Shown: piece by piece, positions 10,579 through 21,527 of the stretch | Layout: every line of letters begins with the position of its first letter | Position numbering within the stretch: the first letter of the stretch is position 1 | Assembly: GCA_001244265.2 (NCBI GenBank) | Contig: CDLV01000006.1 | Span: 868,001-932,000, forward strand | From: Microbotryum violaceum | Taxonomy: Eukaryota | DNA length: 64,000 nt | Direction: 5' to 3' | Notes under the pieces: generated by a model | Database searches by the model: none | What the model saw: only the letters and a program-made list of their open reading frames with translations | Told to the model about the DNA's origin: nothing | Translations under genes and position numbers: made by a program

Positions 10579-13500
10579 CTAATCCTCCTGAGAGAGAACC
10601 GGAACGAGGTGACTGAAGGCGGCGGCTTGCTGGACCCTCGACCACAGCTGAGGTCGCGTGCCTTCTCCGACTCGACTTTGAAAGCCTTGCTGCTTGGGCT
10701 CTCCCGGCCCCGTCCAGAACCTTGGCGGCTCCTGACCCGGCGCCGTGGGAAGTTTGAAAGGATGCGCCTCGGTGCTGAACACGTACTGGTCGAGAGACAA
10801 CAGCTCGCGGTCGGAAAAGAGCAAATAAAAGTACTTGAGCGTCTCAGCGAGAACATAGGACTCCTGCACATCAAGTTGACGTGGTTCGACAGGTTGGAAC
10901 ACGTCATCTATGCCAGCGAAGCCATACTCCGCGATCGCCACAGCGGACCAGTCGACAAAGATACGCCATCCCATATCTTGCCACTTGCGATCGCCTGTGA
11001 GTCGCCACATTTCGAAGATGGACTCAATCGTTTCGGGTCGACCAGCAAAGTGGGTTGCAGTGTGACGGACGCCAGTAGGCTGGCCCCTTGGTTCGCGAAC
11101 CTTGGTCCCATCGGCTCGGGTCTGAACCCTGAATCGATCAGGAGCATCGCCCTTGTAGAACGTCAAAGACTCTGGCATCAAGCCCGTGGGGGTCGATTCG
11201 TAGGCCCAATTGCACGTTTCGGTGTACTCCTTCCCCGTTTCCACGTCCTTGGGTCGAGCCAACAACTTGCCTCCAACGGCAAGCATCCCCCCGGCGAAGC
11301 AGGAGAGGTGCTGCAGCGTGGGTCGAAGCTCGGCATTGAACTCGCCAATGTTGGTCAGGTGGTCCTGGCCGGGGAGCACATCCACAGCCCGTATGAGGTA
11401 TTCGTAGGCCGAGTCGATGACCTCGCGATACATGCGGGCGTACTGAGCGTCCGGCCCATAATTGCCAAGCAAATGTGCCATTTTCATCTGAGAAGGTGGT
11501 AGCAAGCGATGTGAGCACAGCGACTAGCTAGCTAGCACAAAAAGGTCGAAGGCACGTCATTTCCAGAGTGCCCCAAGGTTAGCAGAGACTGACCAGATAC
11601 TCGTAGTAAGAGTCTGAAGCGGCACCGAAACTGTACACGTCCGACAACCACTCGGGTCTGCTGGTATCGATGAAGGACGGGAGCAACTGTCCCAATCGCG
11701 CACCCTGGCGCGCGCCATGCATCTTGCCGCGGGGGAATCGGGTGTCGAGGGTGTCCATGGTCCTTTGCACAGCCTGGAAGTACGTCTCGTCCCCTGAGAT
11801 CATGCTGAGGCGCGTGAACTCGAGACTGAGGGATCCGACTTCAGCGAGCGACGTGCGACCTGGGCGAGTTCCATCCGGGTTTGTGCCAGGCTCGTAGTGA
11901 CCCTTGGGGACGCCAAAATCGGTGTTGAGCGCTGGGAGGAGCCAATCGCCAAGTTCAATCGCACGAGTAAGCATGAGCGGGTCGTCGGAGAGGTCGTACG
12001 CCGAGATCAGACCCCCGAGGTAGCGAATAACGGTTTCAAACAAGGGCATTGCTTTCTGTGGCTTCGCTTGACTGTCGCTAGGACCTCGAGGGGGCGAGCG
12101 CGGTCGTGCAGCGGTGGGGAGGTCCATGTCGTCGAGCCTAGGGAGTGTGTCGGAGAAGCTCAGGGGGGCCAAAAGGTAGGAAAAGTCGACCGCCGAGACA
12201 TGTTCGCGCGCTAAGTTGTATTCCTCATTGAGGCCCATGATGAGCAAGGTGTCGAGGCTGTCGACGATGGTCGCCCCCCAGCCGTTGTAGCGATCGGAGT
12301 AGCTACCCGAGACGGGCGCAACTTCGTCGTGCCCCCACTGCTTCTTGTAGCCCTCCCATGCGTGCATGAAAGCTCGCTTAACCCATTCCCTTCGGCGTTT
12401 CTCTTCCGTAACCCGCTTCTTTGACATGTCAATCTTGCCCGCGTATTGGACTTTGGGCCGCTTCGCGCTCCGTCCGAATGCCCCGGCTTTGCCCAAGTCG
12501 CCGACTTTGAATTGAGGCTTCTTCCAGCCCTCGTGCGAGAGCCTGAGCTCACTCCGCGGAACCTGCAGCGGCCTTCCCGTGTGTTCGTCGAACAAGGCAG
12601 GCTTGAGATACCGGATCCCTGCCGGCGGCTTGCGTTTGGGGTTGTGGAGATTCGCCTGACGCCCCAATTCGCGCGTGTACTCGTACGCCTTGACAACGTA
12701 CTGTTGTGGAGGAAACGTCTTCTCCGATAACGGGTCGTGGGCCCGACCGCCAGCAAAGCGCTCCTCCGCCAACCATGCTCGACCCTTCCATTCGTCGGGA
12801 AGTCGAGACCAGGGATCCGGCCAAGTCGGCGGGATCAGCCTCGTCCTCGACGCATACCTCTTGTACTCCTGGTCGAGCGGCAATCCGAGTATCTGTTCGC
12901 CCGTCAATAGTCCATCGTCGAGATTGTTCACTTTTGTCGGGCGTGTGGTCGTGTTATTGATGGGCTCGGCGACGCCATTGTCGCCCAAATTTTGGTCATA
13001 GGAAAATCTTGGAGGGAGGCCTCCGAAAGGGTGTCTTGGGTGTCCAAAGGGCCCGTGTCGAGGTCTGAAAAAGTGGCTAAGGCTGTCGTAAGAAACTTTC
13101 AGTCATCAGCTCAGAGTCCATACATCCCGTTTTGCGAAGCACATGTCGGACGCAAAGACACATGGTTGGGCTGAAAATCGAGACACTGCTCCGGTCCCGC
13201 AACTAACACGATGTACACGAGGCAAACGCATCCAAACATGGACAGGGCACGTATAAGCTTGGTATTGGAGTTCAGTCGAGTCCAACCCAAGGAATAAGGC
13301 TGAGAGGTCTGCGGGTAACGCTCGAAAGTCTGACCATTGACATTGGCATTGCAGATGCCGATGCGAGAGGTCGGGAGCAGCAATGACTCGTTCGAGATAT
13401 GCGACGCCGGCGGGGCGTAAGTGTAGGGTGATCGACCGTAGCCAGGGTGGTAGTGGTAGTAGTTGTCGGTCGAAAGGCTACTCTCGCCTCGATAGCTACC

Positions 13501-13629
13501 GAAGCCGAGCGGAGGTCGGGGAGGGAACGACGACAGCGACATGGTCGACATCGACGCGGCCGAAGGGCCAGTGACGCCACTGTAGACTCTACGCGGTGGC
13601 AGCGCCTCGTCATTGTCGAGGATGGTCAT
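10579..13629 (-). CDS. Glycoside hydrolase family 47 alpha-1,2-mannosidase, type II membrane protein (copy B, 3 exons)
   Basis: TM segment (ALSMFGCVCLVYIVL). Motifs WGHDEV, FETVIRYLGGLISAY, SDSYYEYL, RPETIES, LAETLKY, FSTEAHP. Same intron positions as copy A. Confidence 0.95.
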
Positions 13630-15851
13630 CGTTGCTGCACTGAACGGCCAGGCTTAGATCCCGAACTCGTTCAATGCTACTGTGAGCTCCAGCGAGTGAG
13701 CCGCGTAGCTCACAGCGCTCACACGGTGGTGACGCGTCGACGGGTTGTGAGCCGAGCTCGACGCGGACGAGCTCCGATCGCGATTTGAAGGCCTTGAGGG
13801 GTTATTACCGCATCATGCCTGGACGAAATCATGATGCTATTAACGAGACTCTAATGTTATTGTACAGACGCTTTTCAGGTATTGTGACACTGCAACTTTT
13901 TGTTAGTAGTTGAAACCTTAGAGAAGGAAAGTGCCAGAACCGTCGCCTCAGATCGATAGAGACCTGCTCATGAGGCGGTTCAAAGTCGATTTGGGTAGAA
14001 GCTTAGTGCCGTCCACGCAAGTTGCTAGACTGTTATTGAAATACATCTGATATAATAAATAAATAAAGACGAGTCGGCCTATGCATGGTCGGCGCAAATT
14101 TCACAATCCCAACACACTTGCCATTTCATTTCAGAGGTGAGACTCCAAGGTGTCAAATGCCAGATAGCACAGCACACATTCAGAGATGGTGAATCTGAAT
14201 CTCCTTCCTGCATCCCTGTTCTGTATGTTAGATGATGCAGGCGGTGTACAGCTAAAATCCCAACTTCACGAAGATTATCTTTTAGAAGGGCACATCACTC
14301 CCCGCGCGAAAATTGCTCGTAGTTTGCGCGGTAGAATGGTGGAAACGGTAGGTGGACACGTTTTGAACTAAACGTCAAATTCAGTGAGAGCTAATGTAGT
14401 CGAGTATTCATCGCAGGCAGGATACCCAGTACAAAAAAGCTCGTGAGCAGCTAATTGAAACCGGTGAGTCAGGGCCTCGCCTCTCCCGCCGATTTCGAGA
14501 CGATCAACGACCCCGAGGTCAGGGCGAAATACAGTACGTTCTACATCCAAATAGCATTGCTTTCCACCAGATTACGGTCGTCGCGCCGTCGCGCGTCCCT
14601 CGTGTTGGCTCACGATGTGATTCGTGGCAAGTTCGTACCACAGCCTGCAACTTCATCGTCGGGACACCTCGCATTCGGTACATGGCAAGGGCGTTACAAT
14701 ATAACGGAGTGAAAGAAAGGGAGGAATAGAAAATCGGCCTCTGTGCTGGTACTTTGTGCATACCGAGCTGTTACCTACCCAGCTGTAGGCTCCACTGCAC
14801 TTCGGCTCCCTCACTGGCGCGTCAAGAAACTCGGCGCCTCCGTCGGACTCAGACGACGTCACTGAGAAGTGCTTCGGACGCCAATGATAGCGCAGGGGCG
14901 GAGAGGACGGGACATGAAGATTCAATAAGATGCTAGATGGTCCGTTTGGTAATTGCGAGTCAAAGGAGAAGCGAGAAATACGGGTCGCAGGTGTCCCGAC
15001 GGTGTGGAAGAGGCTGTAGTACTAGAAGACGACGACGCGTCCAACTGCAGTGCATCGCCGGCGGTGTCTATGCCAGTCGCGTCGATCAAGACCAAGTAGT
15101 CAAGTTGCGATAATAAATGCGAAGCCATCCCCATCTCCTGCATAAATGAGTGGTTGAAGCCTGCATAAGTAAAATTATGTAGCGCATAATCCGTGTCTTC
15201 GATCTCGAGCTGAATCGCGCTCTTGTTCGGACGCTACTAGGCGACCACGGTCGCAGTGGGTTGAGGCCTAGCGCCAACGGATCAATCGAATCACCGCTCG
15301 CTGCCTACAGTCTCCTCTCAGCTTCTGAGCCCACTGCACTGCATCGACTAAGTGCTGACCAAACCAGCTGCACGCTCGCGGGTGTTCATTGCCAAATGGC
15401 CTATACCGACACTAAACCGAGAAGGCAGATTTCGGCTGAAGCGTGAACGGCCCAGTGGGTAATGCCACACTTTGGGACTTGACCGGCTTGACCGTCGACA
15501 CTTGAGAAAATGCTCGAAATTTCTGGTCGCATAAGTAAAGGGCGGGAAGGCGCGCAATTAATGTGGCGCTGTTTAAAGTGGAGGCCGGCTCGATAAATGC
15601 GGGCAAATTGCGTCGTTTCAAAAAGCATCCGCGACTAGCCCCGCGCCCACGCGCCTTTGCCTTTGCTCGCCTTTGCAAAGCAAAAGCGCTCGCCCCCTCC
15701 CTCCCTCCGCCCGCTCACCTGGCTAATCCTCTTCGCCTCGACTTTGCTAATCGTCCATTACAACCCACCGTCGCACGTCGTCGACTTGCCAGTCTCGCCA
15801 AGTCCCAAACTTCCCATCAACCCCGACGGAACTCTACCCACCCGCTGCACC

Positions 15852-17396
15852 ATGTCGGACAAGAGACAGGCTGTAAGTCGTGGTTTCGAGCCTTTGTCTG
15901 ACGTTTGTTTTTTCACCCCCGTTGCGTGCTCGTCGTCTGTCGTCCAGCCTCCCATCGCGGTCTCGCCCTCTCAGCCAGCCTTTGCCGAGCTCGCTGGCCC
16001 GGCGCCGTCGTCGCGCCTGCGCTTGTTGTGCCACCCCTGCCGTGCCGTGAGCGGATCGCGGGCGCGTGCCTCCCCCACGCCGTCGCGATGAGGATAGGAT
16101 AAACAATCGGCTTTCTCGACGCGTCGATGCAAGAAGCCCCCGAGACACAGTCGTGTAACGAGATCATATACAATGCATGGACTGACTTTCAAGTTTCGTC
16201 ATATTTTCTTTATTATGTAGCTCGCCAACGCCTACGTCGAGCTCGCCTCGTCACTCACCCGCGCTGCGAACGCGGCCGATTCCTACGCCAGAGAACTCGG
16301 CGTCGCCGCTACGCCCGCCCAGCTCGAGGCTCTCGTAGCCAACCCTCCCAACCTTCCTTTTTACGGAGCCAAACATGGCAGCAAGGTATGTCTCACACTT
16401 GTCATCGACTCTTGTTGCTGCGGGCCGCCACCTTGGCAACGCTCTCGAAATCGAGGCTGACTATGTTTATCCCTCTGCCGGTCACGTGCTACCGCCTCAG
16501 GCCGCCGCTGGCTCCGACGACGAAGAGGACGGAGAGGGCAAGAGCAAGAAGAAGCTCAAGGTCAAGAAGGTCAAGGACCCCAATGCCCCCAAGCGTCCTG
16601 CTTCGGCCTACATTGAGTTTCAGAACTCCGTTCGTGAAAAATTTCGCACGGCGGCGCCAGAGGCTACCTACCAAGAGATCTTGAGGCAGATCTCGGGGAT
16701 CTGGCAAGCCATGCCCGACGCCGAAAAAAAGGTTGGTTGACAATCGTCTGGTCGTTCTCGGTCGAAGCGATCGTGTCCGCGGATGTTGACATGCTGCGAG
16801 GGGACTATTGTGTTGCGCAGCATTGGAACGACATCACCGCCGAGAAGACGCTCGAGTACGAGGAGGCCAAGAAGCACTACAAGCCCGTTGAAGGTGCCGA
16901 AGCTGTTGCGGCCCTCCCCGCCGTCATCACCGTGGGCAAGGACGGCAAGGAATACACCGGCAAAAAGCGCGGACGCAAGTCCAACGCCGAGAAGGCCGCC
17001 GAGGCCGCGCACGGACTCGTCGACACAAACGGCAACATCGATGTCGCGACCGGCGGAATCCTTGCCTCGGGCTCTGGCGACAAGAAGAAGACGTCCAAGT
17101 CGAGCAGAAAGCAGAAGGATGCTGCTCCCGTAGGTCCCTTTGTCATCGTCGCCCACCGATCCCAAACGACTGATGTCGTTCTGCTACTTTGCTCTGTGCC
17201 CAACATTCTTCATTCTTCGTGATTCTCTGATCGCCTCCTACAGGCTCCTTCCGAGAGCGAGGAAAGTGAGGCCGACTCGGATGACTCGTCGGAGGAAGAG
17301 GAGGAAGTCGCTCCCCCGCCCAAGAAGTCGCCCGTCTCCAAGAAGGGCAAAGCGCTGCCGGAGGAGAAGCCCAAATCGAAGAAGTCCAAGCACTGA
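15852..17396 (+). CDS. HMG-box chromatin protein (Hmo1/Nhp6-like) with AT-hook-like KKRGRK and acidic/basic tail (5 exons)
   Basis: KDPNAPKRPASAYIEF...EILRQISGIWQAMPDAEKKHW HMG box. GT-AG introns restore the frame from MSDKRQA to KSKH*. Confidence 0.9.
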
Positions 17397-18667
17397 AAGC
17401 TTTGTCCTCATCTCCTGACGGAAGCGCTATTGTAAGGTGATCCAGTCTATATGTTGTGATCTGGGGGGCGACTGAGGCAGCGTGTCGTAGGGCGAGCATG
17501 TGCGATGCGTGATGTGGGGTCTGCGCAAACAATAATGTCAATTTCTAGTACCCGATGCCACAGAATTGCGACGATCTGTATGAGGTGTTTTTCTTTTTGT
17601 TTTGGAGTTGTGGCATAGGTAGCTCTTCTTTCTCGCTAGTGAATGACGAGCATTTAGTTTCCTAATCTGAGCTCAGTGTTGCGTTCTGACAGGGGCTCGT
17701 CCGCTTGCGATGAGTAGTCTCCGCGATTCCGCGAGCGAAACCGTCCGGCACTAGAACGTTGATCGAAGCCCACTCTTTCTCCCTTTATGCGCAAAATTGG
17801 GACACGCCTTGCCAACTTACGTGGGTAGACTTTATGCTCGAGGAAGGAAGGGCCGCCTGCGAAGGCCTCTCGCCAGTGATGCCGAGCCGATTACGATATC
17901 ACGCCAAACCATGGCCAAATGAGAGCCGAAATCAACGACACCGACCGCCTTTTGTCAGACAAACTCCTGCGAAGCGCCTCGAGGTCGAGCTTGCGTCGGG
18001 CCAAGTGCTCTTTCCCGTCCGCGGAGGTTGATCGGGGCTGAATACCCTTCGGGCCGAGTGTCCATCGACGTTCCATGAGGTGCGCATGCACTACGGATTG
18101 AGAATCCAAGTCCGCTCACGTGACGCGACCTCGCGCTGCCTCGCGAGAGCTCGTGCCTCGCGGGACGACGTCAGCTGCTCGAGCGCAGAAAGGTTCCCTC
18201 ACATTACCTGGGACACCTTCGCTCGACCAAACACAACCTACCACATTAAGTCTTCGCGCTCACTCCTCTGCTACCGACGGGATATATTGCTCCACTACCC
18301 TTTCGACCTGTCTCGCACCTTCTATAGGGTACGTTGTGCCTCACTGCCTTCTCCGCGGGCCCCGGCGACTGGCCCTTGTTGATCCAATTTGACTCCAGTG
18401 AATCATCGTCTACGTCGAACCTCCAGGCCCCAAGTCGCTTCCCCTACATCACCAAACCCACATTGGAGTGCTATTGAAATATTAACGTAAGAGCGGTGCT
18501 GTTGGTGAGTGGACTCCTGGGCGAACTGTTGCATGGCATGTCATTGAACAGAGTCGACGCTGACCTTGAGCTCGCACCCTCGCGATCGTGTCAATCACTT
18601 GGCTACGTAAACGATCCTGTTACATGACCCAGTCGTAGAAAGTTCAGCGATCGGCTTCAGCAATACG

Positions 18668-21358
18668 ATGGCATCCACATCATCTCGCTACCTTCGCCCC
18701 GCTCGTACATTCAGTGACGACAGCGACGAACACTCGCCAGCGCAACCGCCACGAAGGCATTCTCGCGAACGCAAGGCTCCCCTTCGGAGACCGACGCCAA
18801 CTTTGGCTCACTCACGGGAGAGCTCCAACGAAGGTGATTCCGAGTCATCCCACCGTGGCCGCAACGAATTCAAATCCCTCGATCGGGAATCAGCAGATGC
18901 CTACACCCGGCTGCAACGCCCAGGCTCGAGCGGATTCATCCGAGCCGAGACTCTGCCGAGATGTTCGCCCTCGACCGCGTCGTCCATGTCCTCCATCGGC
19001 AGCTCGTTCGATCTCGCCGATTCTCCCGCCGCTTCCCTCTTCTTTTTGCCTCCGCCGATCCAACAGGCCCGGAACGTGACGTTTGACAAGGAAAATGTCC
19101 CGAATCGAAAAGGAATGGCCGGGCCTCGCAAACTCGACCTCGAACTCCAGGATCGTCCGCAGGAGACGATGGGCGTAGCAGAACCTCGATCCGCCAACGC
19201 CATGTTGCAACATGTGCGCGTCAAGGCGTCACCGACCACATTTGGATTCCCCTTCGCTTCGTCCATACTTGCGACCTCGGACTCGTTCGCCGACTTACGA
19301 GGACCGGCTAGTAGAACGTCCGTCCAGGATCACGCTAGGCCATCGGCGGCGACTCAAGGACGATCGGATCCGAGCCGCAGCGACAAGTCTGCCTCAAGCC
19401 ATCGCCTAAGCAGTGATGTCGACCTGGACTTGAGCTTTGATTATCACCAAGAACCCGAGATGGTCTTTGGTGACGAAGCATCAATAGAGTCCGCATCCGC
19501 AGAATGGATTGGCATCGACATGACGGGCCGTCCGGCCGAGCACGACGTTCCGGAAGGTGAACTGGTACGAAGCCCTAGTGGACGCTTGTTGGGGACTCAT
19601 AAAAAGCGCGTGAGAAGCGCTGTCGACCTACGAGCTCAGTTTAGGATGGCGGAAGCGGTGGCAATTCCGATGATCGAGGACGTACCGACCGAAGAGGCGC
19701 TGGGCACGACGCAGGGGTTGCTAATTGATGAAAGCACGCACGCCCCTTCCGGGATCCCTGTGGGCACTTTTGGACGTCGCGTTTCAGCACCGATCCAGAT
19801 AAAGCGGCCGACTTCATGGGGAAACGGCTTCGCCTTTAATCCGACGAACCCCTTAATGGTGACTCTCCCCGACTCCCCCGGCTTCACGCCTTCGCCCTCG
19901 CCAACTCTTACAACCGAGTCCAAGACGTTGGCTGCACCGTTCCGCTTTCTTGAACGCGCTCGTAGTAGCATACGGCTGGCCAGTCCATTATCGACGCCAG
20001 TGTTGGGTCGGTCATCTGTCGACGTTAAGGGCAAAGGATGGGCCACACCTAACGGGAACCTCGTCGGCGTGAACGAATCCCTTCAGCAGCAAACAGAGGG
20101 AACCACGGCGCGGCGAAAAAACTGGGCGAGCCAGTTGGCCCAGTCAGCGATGGTTAAATGGGGGTCCCCTACGACCTCGAGCCACGAAGCCCGCAGTGCA
20201 ACGCCAACGATGACCAAATTTCACTCGCCTCTGCCATTGTCACTGTTCGATCATCCGCAGCATTCAGCATCTTCTGAAACATTCAACACCGCCGAAACGA
20301 CACCCATTCCTGATGTTGGACAGTTCGAAAAGCAACGAGGGGCTCGCTCAGACGTCGAAAATTTTGCTGTTTCGGAGGCGCTCAAGCCTGCTGAAGATTT
20401 AGCCGGACTCGGAATCGCCTTCAACGCGTCCGACAACGAGGGCCGCTCCATCCGTCAGTCGCTAGCTTCGCGTCAAGCTCGGACTCAGCCAAGCTCAGAG
20501 GTCGTGCGTCTATATGGTCACCGTACGATTCCATCCCTCTCCGTCACCCGCCCTATCGAGGACAGGCACGAGACCTCTTCCGTCACCTCGAGGGTTTCCG
20601 CAGTCGATCCGACCGCATCTCGACGGAATTCCTGGCACTCGGGCCAGTATGGAGACGCAATTCAAAGGTTTTCTGCGCCCTCAGTAGCTCGTAGACGATC
20701 GCTGTATGGGAACGAGGCTCTCCATGTGCTCGGACCCCAGACGTCGCCCCACGGACGAATGGCCCCACAAACGGGGCCCGCTTCGCCACGTTTCTCCTTC
20801 ACCCCTGCGCCTCTCCAACTCGTGAAGGCACACTGCCCACCCCCCGAAGTCGATGCGACTACCGGAGCTTCCATATCGGTACAGGCGCCCATCAACTCTT
20901 CGCTTCGTCACCGACGACCCCACTCAGTGGGATCCCTCCTCGAAGCCACCATCACTCGACCGGGACATTTCATAGAGACGACCGTGCCATCGAAACTGTT
21001 GTTCCTGGCCGGCTTTTTGCTTGGACCTTGGTGCTGGATCATTGGTGGCTGGTGGCTGCGGCCCTCGGATGGGGAGCTGAGAAGGACGAGAGGGACGAGG
21101 TGTCGAGAGGAAGGGTGCGCTTGCGGAATGATGGTGCCAGAGGACCGACTGCGCGGGATCACTCAACGACACCTCACTCACAGTAGGGGGCTGAAAGCTC
21201 ATTTCACGAGCGTCGTCGGAGGTGGTACTGATGAGTCGATCAAGTGGATGGGCCTGGATGAGTGGGTGTTTACGAATCGCGTTCTAGCCATTACGAGCGG
21301 AGTCGCCGTAGTGGTAGTGGTGGCGATTGCCATGTTTGAAGCGAGCATGGCTGCTTGA
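18668..21358 (+). CDS. 896-aa Ser/Pro/Arg-rich hypothetical protein with two C-terminal hydrophobic segments
   Basis: Single long ORF. Hydrophobic segments KLLFLAGFLLGPWCWIIGGWWL and VLAITSGVAVVVVVAIAMF. Confidence 0.85.
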   Translation: MASTSSRYLRPARTFSDDSDEHSPAQPPRRHSRERKAPLRRPTPTLAHSRESSNEGDSESSHRGRNEFKSLDRESADAYTRLQRPGSSGFIRAETLPRCSPSTASSMSSIGSSFDLADSPAASLFFLPPPIQQARNVTFDKENVPNRKGMAGPRKLDLELQDRPQETMGVAEPRSANAMLQHVRVKASPTTFGFPFASSILATSDSFADLRGPASRTSVQDHARPSAATQGRSDPSRSDKSASSHRLSSDVDLDLSFDYHQEPEMVFGDEASIESASAEWIGIDMTGRPAEHDVPEGELVRSPSGRLLGTHKKRVRSAVDLRAQFRMAEAVAIPMIEDVPTEEALGTTQGLLIDESTHAPSGIPVGTFGRRVSAPIQIKRPTSWGNGFAFNPTNPLMVTLPDSPGFTPSPSPTLTTESKTLAAPFRFLERARSSIRLASPLSTPVLGRSSVDVKGKGWATPNGNLVGVNESLQQQTEGTTARRKNWASQLAQSAMVKWGSPTTSSHEARSATPTMTKFHSPLPLSLFDHPQHSASSETFNTAETTPIPDVGQFEKQRGARSDVENFAVSEALKPAEDLAGLGIAFNASDNEGRSIRQSLASRQARTQPSSEVVRLYGHRTIPSLSVTRPIEDRHETSSVTSRVSAVDPTASRRNSWHSGQYGDAIQRFSAPSVARRRSLYGNEALHVLGPQTSPHGRMAPQTGPASPRFSFTPAPLQLVKAHCPPPEVDATTGASISVQAPINSSLRHRRPHSVGSLLEATITRPGHFIETTVPSKLLFLAGFLLGPWCWIIGGWWLRPSDGELRRTRGTRCREEGCACGMMVPEDRLRGITQRHLTHSRGLKAHFTSVVGGGTDESIKWMGLDEWVFTNRVLAITSGVAVVVVVAIAMFEASMAA

Positions 21359-21527
21359 AATGAAGAGCTCGTTTCGTTGTCCGTCGCCCCGCTAGCAGTG
21401 TCTGTAATGAGATCTGATCCCGGTCGAGAAATGCTGTCAAGAAACGGTGCACTCGCTATATCCCAGTGTGCTCTCTCCTCCAATATGCAATGCCAGATTT
21501 GCATTGCTTCAGGTACAATACAACAAT

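Noticed and set aside
10555..11502. Long antisense ORFs (e.g. 10555-11502, 25069-25983, 831-1493, 50635-51531)
   Set aside because: Shadow ORFs of GC-rich coding sequence on the other strand or frame; no domain-like content.
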